A DNA stretch of 64,000 nucleotides from a virus: the IMG/VR virus record IMGVR_UViG_3300014325_000011, positions 1 to 64,000 of that record. One strand, written 5' to 3'. This document shows, piece by piece, positions 58,965 to 64,000 of this stretch. A program made the translations under genes and the position numbers. The notes beneath the pieces are model-generated. The model ran no database searches. It had not been told where the DNA came from and worked only from the letters and a program-made list of their open reading frames with translations. Position 1 is the first letter of the stretch; each line of letters opens with the position of its first letter.

Positions 58965-59507
58965 CTATGAAATGATGAATTCGGTGACGGTCGTGATGAC
59001 GGCGACTTCAACGTGAAGCCGGTTGTCTTTCAGTTCCGGCTCGCCCGGGTTGATTTCAATGTCTTCGCCGGCCTGCCAGATGACGCCGAAGTCTCGACCA
59101 CCGGTTCCCCAGGTGCGGTCTGCGCGCGCTCGTTCGGCGAGTGCGTCGAGGAATGCGTCGAAGTCATCGATCGCGTCCTCAACACGCGGCTGCCGGGACC
59201 GGAAGTAGGTTTCGAGGTAGACCGTGCGGTCGATCCGCTTTTCGCCGGCTGGCGTGATGCCGTTGGTGCCGCCTCCGCCGATCGACTCTCGCTTCTCCAG
59301 GTGGTTGACGAGGTGAACCGTGCAGACAGCGCCGGAAACCTGGCCGGGCAGGGGGCAATAGTCGTCGTCCTGTGCCTCACGCGGGCCGCTGGTCCAAAGG
59401 GTGCCCAAGAACTTGACGGGGCCATCGCGGTACATCGACGGTCGGGAGGGTTGCGGTCTTCCCCCGAACCAGGCTGCGGTGGCGGCGCGGATTGTGGCCC
59501 GAGACAT
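58965..59507 (-). CDS. Tail terminator/completion-like protein
   Basis: MSRATIRAA start; R.D.T.G motif; GGAGG RBS; synteny. Confidence 0.6.
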   Translation of the reverse strand: MSRATIRAATAAWFGGRPQPSRPSMYRDGPVKFLGTLWTSGPREAQDDDYCPLPGQVSGAVCTVHLVNHLEKRESIGGGGTNGITPAGEKRIDRTVYLETYFRSRQPRVEDAIDDFDAFLDALAERARADRTWGTGGRDFGVIWQAGEDIEINPGEPELKDNRLHVEVAVITTVTEFIIS

Positions 59508-59525
59508 GACGCCTCCGGGCTGGGT

Positions 59526-60680
59526 TCAGACTGCGATCCGCTTGTACCGGTCGAGGATCATCCGTGCGGCTTTTTGGAAGACGTCCATGTCGGTGCCCAC
59601 CGACTTGTCTACCGACGGCGCCCCGGTGTCCGACGACCGGCGGATGAGCACCACGGCCATCTGGCCGACCGCGGTCTTGATGTCTTCGGGCATCGCGCCG
59701 ATGGAGGTACCTGCCGGGTGGGCGTAGGCCGCCGTGCCGACGAGGGGAAGGGTTGCCGGGCCGGTTGTCGGGGTCCACGAGGTGGCGACGCTGACAGCTT
59801 CTTCCGAGCCTGGGTGGTGGATGTTGAGCGTCTGGCCGGGTTGGATGCCGGTGGCGTCCTGTATGGCCAGCGTCGTGGCGGCAGCAGCCGAGGCCGCGGT
59901 GAGAATCGAGATGGGGAAGCCGGCGATGTAGTCGTACTCAACCCACATCCGCTGGCCCGGTGGAGGTCCGCCGAACTGCAACGGTACCGTTCCACCGCCG
60001 CCCGTGAACGGGACGACGATCAGCCCATCCGCGGGCCAGTAGACGGCCGGGGTGGAGTCAGTCATCTGCCCAGGGCTGCCGTAGGCCAACCTGGACAGCG
60101 ACACTGCGGGTACGGTGCCGGAGGTGTGCCGGGGCGACAGGGTGATGGTGCCGTCGCCCGCGACCCGCACCGACTGCCGCTCCGACAGCACTCGGTGCGC
60201 GCCGAGTTGCACAGCGCAGTAGTTGTCGCACCATCTGGACGCCCTCAACAAGATGTTGCCCAGCTCGGCATCGTTCGCTGCCAGCGAGCCGTTGGCGATC
60301 AGGTCGTCAACGTTGGTGCCCGTCGGCATCGCCCTGAACTCGGCGATCGTCACATAGGAGCCGGGCCAGCCGAACACCTGCCCGGAATCGGCATACGCAC
60401 CCGACGGCAGGGCGGTGAACTCGCCGTCGAGGCCGCCGTTCGGTGCGGTTGCCCTGTACCAGTAGGCATACCGGCCCTCGTTCGGCGGCGTGTACACATA
60501 CTCGTACGAGCCGACGCCCAACCGGGTCAGATCGACCAGGTTGGCGGTGACGGTCGACCCGTCGGGCAGCCTGATCGTCAGCGACAGCGTTTCCGGATCG
60601 ACCGGCGTACCGCTGACCGGGTCGACAAGCTGGCAGGGCAGACGAACAGCCTGCCCCGCCGCGTAGGGGGTCGTCGACAT
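59526..60680 (-). CDS. Head-tail connector/adaptor with Ig-like N-terminus
   Basis: YVTIAEF...L.RASRW.D.YC...Y.AGF...PEDIK.A...A..IL.RY. Confidence 0.7.
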   Translation of the reverse strand: MSTTPYAAGQAVRLPCQLVDPVSGTPVDPETLSLTIRLPDGSTVTANLVDLTRLGVGSYEYVYTPPNEGRYAYWYRATAPNGGLDGEFTALPSGAYADSGQVFGWPGSYVTIAEFRAMPTGTNVDDLIANGSLAANDAELGNILLRASRWCDNYCAVQLGAHRVLSERQSVRVAGDGTITLSPRHTSGTVPAVSLSRLAYGSPGQMTDSTPAVYWPADGLIVVPFTGGGGTVPLQFGGPPPGQRMWVEYDYIAGFPISILTAASAAAATTLAIQDATGIQPGQTLNIHHPGSEEAVSVATSWTPTTGPATLPLVGTAAYAHPAGTSIGAMPEDIKTAVGQMAVVLIRRSSDTGAPSVDKSVGTDMDVFQKAARMILDRYKRIAV

Positions 60681-60695
60681 GACACCCCCACAGGG

Positions 60696-63308
60696 TCAGA
60701 TCGTCGGACTGCCGGTGAGGACCACGGCGGGTTCGTCGCCGCCGGCCGGCGCTGTCGCCGCGCTTGGGGTGCCGGTGAGGATTGCTCCGCCGAGCATTCC
60801 TCCGTAGTCGCCGCCGCCGTAGCCGACATCCCCGTAGCCGACCGCATCGCCCGGTCCGGATGGGACATCGAGGCCGGTGAGGATCGCAGTCACAATGCGG
60901 GCGAGCGCGTCGGAGTCATCGAGCACGACCGTGTCGACGCCGCCGTTGACCGCCGCGTCGATGTGCGCTTGGTCAACTGCCCGCGAGGATTCGGAGGCGG
61001 TAACCGTGGCCGACATCGGGCCGAACGTGTCGGCACCTGTAATCCCGTCAACACTGAACGCGGTGACGGCAAGTCCGGTCTGGTCGGCCGCAGAGCCAGC
61101 GTCTGTGCTGGCCATACCGACTGCCGGGGTCTGCTCGCCAGCAGCGGCCTGGTCAAGCCCGGCGACGTTGGCGGACAGCGATCCGACCGCCTCCGCCAGC
61201 CCACCCTGATCGGGTGTGGCTGCGGTGACGCCGATCGCGACTGCCACACCCCCGTAGGGGTCGACACCGTAGCCGGCCTCGCCGTAGCCGTCGCCGGCCA
61301 TCAGCGCGGACACGGTGTCAACGTCGGCGACCTGCGCGGACAGGGCTGCGAGGGTGTCGACGGCGACATGGTTGTCACGCGAGGTCAGCGTGACCTGCGG
61401 GGCACCCTCAGCGACCGAGGCTGTATCCGTGTCGGACAGGCCGACGAGCGCCACCTCGGCTACCGCACCGCTGTCACTGGCGGTCAGGCTGGCTGCGACT
61501 GCCGGGGTTTCGCCCGCAGTCGCCCCATCCCCCCCGGCCACCGTGGCATTCAGCGACACCACCGAGTCGGCCGCGGTGATGCTGTCCATGCCGAACACGG
61601 TGGGGGACAGAACAGTCGCATCGGCGGCGGTAGCACTGTCCGAGCTGACCAGCAGGTAGGTCAGCGCACTACTGTCCGCTGCCGTGGCCGCATCAACACC
61701 GGCAACACCGATGGTCGGTGTCGCCTCAACGAACGCCGCCGTGTCCGAACTGGCGATCGACGGGGTGAGTGTCGCGCCGTCGATGGCTGTGATGCCATCA
61801 ACGGCGGCCAGCGAGATGAGGGGAACATCGCCGCCGTAGGAGCCGCCGCCGTAGCCACCTGCGCCGTAGCCATCCCCGGACCCGGTCGCGGCGACCACAT
61901 CAACATCGGCAACCGAGGCGGTCAACGAAACCAGCACATCGGTAGCGGTGACCGTGTCGCTGTCCGATTTGACAACTGCGGTGGCCGTCGTTTCGGAGGC
62001 GGTCGCACTATCCGAACTCGTAGCCGTGCCGGTGACCGCGCCCAAGTCGACGGCCGTACTACTGTCCGAATCGGCCGGCGTGGCCGTGATGGCCGCAGCG
62101 TCGGTAGCCGTCGCCGTGTCTGTCGACGTCGGTCCGACGGCAGGGATGCTTCCCGTGTCGGCGGCGCTGCCGGCGTCCACCGAGGTCAGCGAGGCGGCGA
62201 CCTGGCCAACATCAGCCAACGTCGCGGAATCGACAGGACCAGTCAGGGAGATCGCCGGGGCGGCCTCGCCGAACGTCGCCAGGTCGACGATCGAGGTCAG
62301 GCTGATCGCCAGTGCGGCCCCGTCGGCGAGGCTGGCCGTGTCCGAACCGGTGAACGTGGCGGTGAGCGCTGTCAGGTCCGCCGCGGAGGCCGCATCCGAC
62401 CCGGCCACAGACGCCGACAGGGCGGTGACATCGGCAGCCGTAGCGGTGTCCGCCGAGGACAACACGGTGGTGATGCCCGCGGTTTCAGTACCAGTCGCAG
62501 TGTCCGCCGCCGCCGGAGTGACAGCGATCGAGACGGGGCTTCCTATCCCGCCGCCGTAGCCACCCTCGCCGTACAGACCCGCTCCGTAGCCGCCGGAGCT
62601 GGCGTCCATCTGCGCCGTGTCCGACGCGGTCACCGTCGCCGTGATGCTGGCGGTCGCTGTGGCGGTCGCACTGTCCGAGGAGAGCAGCGTGACGGTCGCC
62701 GTCTCGGTGGCAGTACCACTGTCTGTCGACGTTTTGGCAACCAGCGCCTGCACTGCGGAGGCGACGGTGAACGCCGAGAACACGACGTCGCCGGACGAGT
62801 TGTACGTGTCCAGACCGGCCTTGCTGCCGCCCGTGATCGACGAGTCCGTACCCGACCAGATCGCCGACCCGTTTAGATCAACCTCAAGGGCGGTGCCATA
62901 CACCGAAAGAGTGGTCGTGCAGGGAAACGACGGCGCGGTGAACGCGACCGACGTCAACACGCTGACCGAGCCGGACACGCATTTCAGAACATACATGGTG
63001 CCGGTGTCAAAATGAAAATCGGCCGCGTAAAACGACTGGGAACTCAGCAGCGTGCCCGAGTTCGACATGCGGGCGGCGACACCAGCCGACCGGCCCGACG
63101 GTGCGGCGTTGACCGTGACCGTGACCGCCATGTCCGCCGACGGCACCGACGTGTTGTCACACCGGGCGTAGGCCACCGCGCTGCCCAGCGTCACCGTCGC
63201 AGTGTTACTGCCAGCATTAACCCAGTTGCCGGTGATCTCCGTCCACGACTGGTCGCCGCCAAACGCCGGACTCGCCGACGGAAACGTCTCGGTGTAGTAG
63301 GTGGTCAC
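60696..63308 (-). CDS. Ala/Thr/Asp-repeat putative structural protein
   Basis: N-terminal lectin-like beta domain; many D-(T/S)-A-T-A-x-D repeats; four GYG-rich motifs. Confidence 0.7.
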   Translation of the reverse strand: MTTYYTETFPSASPAFGGDQSWTEITGNWVNAGSNTATVTLGSAVAYARCDNTSVPSADMAVTVTVNAAPSGRSAGVAARMSNSGTLLSSQSFYAADFHFDTGTMYVLKCVSGSVSVLTSVAFTAPSFPCTTTLSVYGTALEVDLNGSAIWSGTDSSITGGSKAGLDTYNSSGDVVFSAFTVASAVQALVAKTSTDSGTATETATVTLLSSDSATATATASITATVTASDTAQMDASSGGYGAGLYGEGGYGGGIGSPVSIAVTPAAADTATGTETAGITTVLSSADTATAADVTALSASVAGSDAASAADLTALTATFTGSDTASLADGAALAISLTSIVDLATFGEAAPAISLTGPVDSATLADVGQVAASLTSVDAGSAADTGSIPAVGPTSTDTATATDAAAITATPADSDSSTAVDLGAVTGTATSSDSATASETTATAVVKSDSDTVTATDVLVSLTASVADVDVVAATGSGDGYGAGGYGGGSYGGDVPLISLAAVDGITAIDGATLTPSIASSDTAAFVEATPTIGVAGVDAATAADSSALTYLLVSSDSATAADATVLSPTVFGMDSITAADSVVSLNATVAGGDGATAGETPAVAASLTASDSGAVAEVALVGLSDTDTASVAEGAPQVTLTSRDNHVAVDTLAALSAQVADVDTVSALMAGDGYGEAGYGVDPYGGVAVAIGVTAATPDQGGLAEAVGSLSANVAGLDQAAAGEQTPAVGMASTDAGSAADQTGLAVTAFSVDGITGADTFGPMSATVTASESSRAVDQAHIDAAVNGGVDTVVLDDSDALARIVTAILTGLDVPSGPGDAVGYGDVGYGGGDYGGMLGGAILTGTPSAATAPAGGDEPAVVLTGSPTI

Positions 63309-63340
63309 CGACGCCCCCGTCCAGGCTCACCTTCCGCCGG

Positions 63341-64000
63341 TCAGATCGCCTGCCAAGAGGTCCCATCCCAGACGAACGTGATGCCGGTCGTCGCAGAGGC
63401 CGTTGTCGAAAACGACTTTCCGTTCAGCTTGAACACCGCGTTCAGGGTCACCGTCCGGCCGCCAGTGCCGTCCTGCGTGAGCAGCAACGTGAGTTTCTGG
63501 CCCACCACCAGGTAGATCCCGGTGCCCGTGTTCGTACCCGTCAGCGCCGGGGCGCCGACCGTCGTGTTCCCGGTCAGCGTCATCGCGTACGTTTCGGACA
63601 GGAACGGGTCAGGTGTCCAGCTCGACGAGTAGGATAGGGCGTTGAACCCGCCGCCCTGCACACCCATCTGCACCTTGTTCGACCCGATCACACTTGACGC
63701 CTGAAGGGGCGGCATGTTGGTGCTGTTGTCGTTCAACTTGCCGTAGAAGATCAGCTCGACGCGGTTCCCTGTGGCACTTGACGTGATATTCAGCCCGGAG
63801 GCCTGATGGTTCAGGTTCGCCGCCCGATCCCAGGTCAGGCCGGTGACCGTACAGTTGCTGCTACCGCCCAGATCCACCCCGGCGAAGGAGCCGACCGGCG
63901 TGCCCGTGGACGTGCCGTCCGAGGTGCCATTGTGGCTGTTGCTGTCCGCCTCGATGCCGACCAGCGTCTGTCGGCCGCCGCGCACATAGAAGCCCGCGCG
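63341..64000 (-). CDS. Fibre/spike-like protein, C-terminal part (truncated by window edge)
   Basis: TLTGNTT...GQKLTLLLTQDGTGGRTVT...F.WDGT.W. Confidence 0.65.
   Translation of the reverse strand, partial: RAGFYVRGGRQTLVGIEADSNSHNGTSDGTSTGTPVGSFAGVDLGGSSNCTVTGLTWDRAANLNHQASGLNITSSATGNRVELIFYGKLNDNSTNMPPLQASSVIGSNKVQMGVQGGGFNALSYSSSWTPDPFLSETYAMTLTGNTTVGAPALTGTNTGTGIYLVVGQKLTLLLTQDGTGGRTVTLNAVFKLNGKSFSTTASATTGITFVWDGTSWQAI

Noticed and set aside
59013-62876. 1287-aa plus-strand ORF
   Set aside because: Antisense shadow of well-supported minus-strand structural genes; Arg/Gly-rich with no motifs, as expected at high GC

Overview
High-GC actinomycete tailed-phage (siphovirus-like) DNA. It is either a prophage or a phage contig. 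No integrase, terminase, portal or capsid gene lies in the window, so lifestyle cannot be settled. Layout: (1) 1-4.8 kb accessory and regulatory genes (partial GNAT, EndoVII nuclease, AlpA-like HTH, lipoprotein). (2) 4.8-14.2 kb minus-strand replication operon (HNH genes, replication initiator with internal iterons, helicase loader, DnaB, SSB, ParB-like). (3) 14.3-41 kb mostly plus-strand arrays of small, translationally coupled genes, including a SLOG protein, a C5 DNA methyltransferase, a frameshifted XF1762/Mom-like gene and WhiB, separated by several small divergent regulator/operator switches. (4) 41.4-64 kb minus-strand late genes (connector, tail tube, chaperones, tape measure, beta-helix tail proteins, GH25 endolysin, S53 peptidase, holin-like). 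The most striking element is at 27.2-33.9 kb. It is a Streptomyces-plasmid/AICE-type conjugation-like module inside the phage early region: membrane proteins, DUF2637/Spd-like protein, NlpC/P60 + lytic transglycosylase, TraB/FtsK translocase, a dense CACCACAC repeat cluster and a clt-like inverted-repeat locus. All family assignments come from motif recognition by eye; no database search was run.
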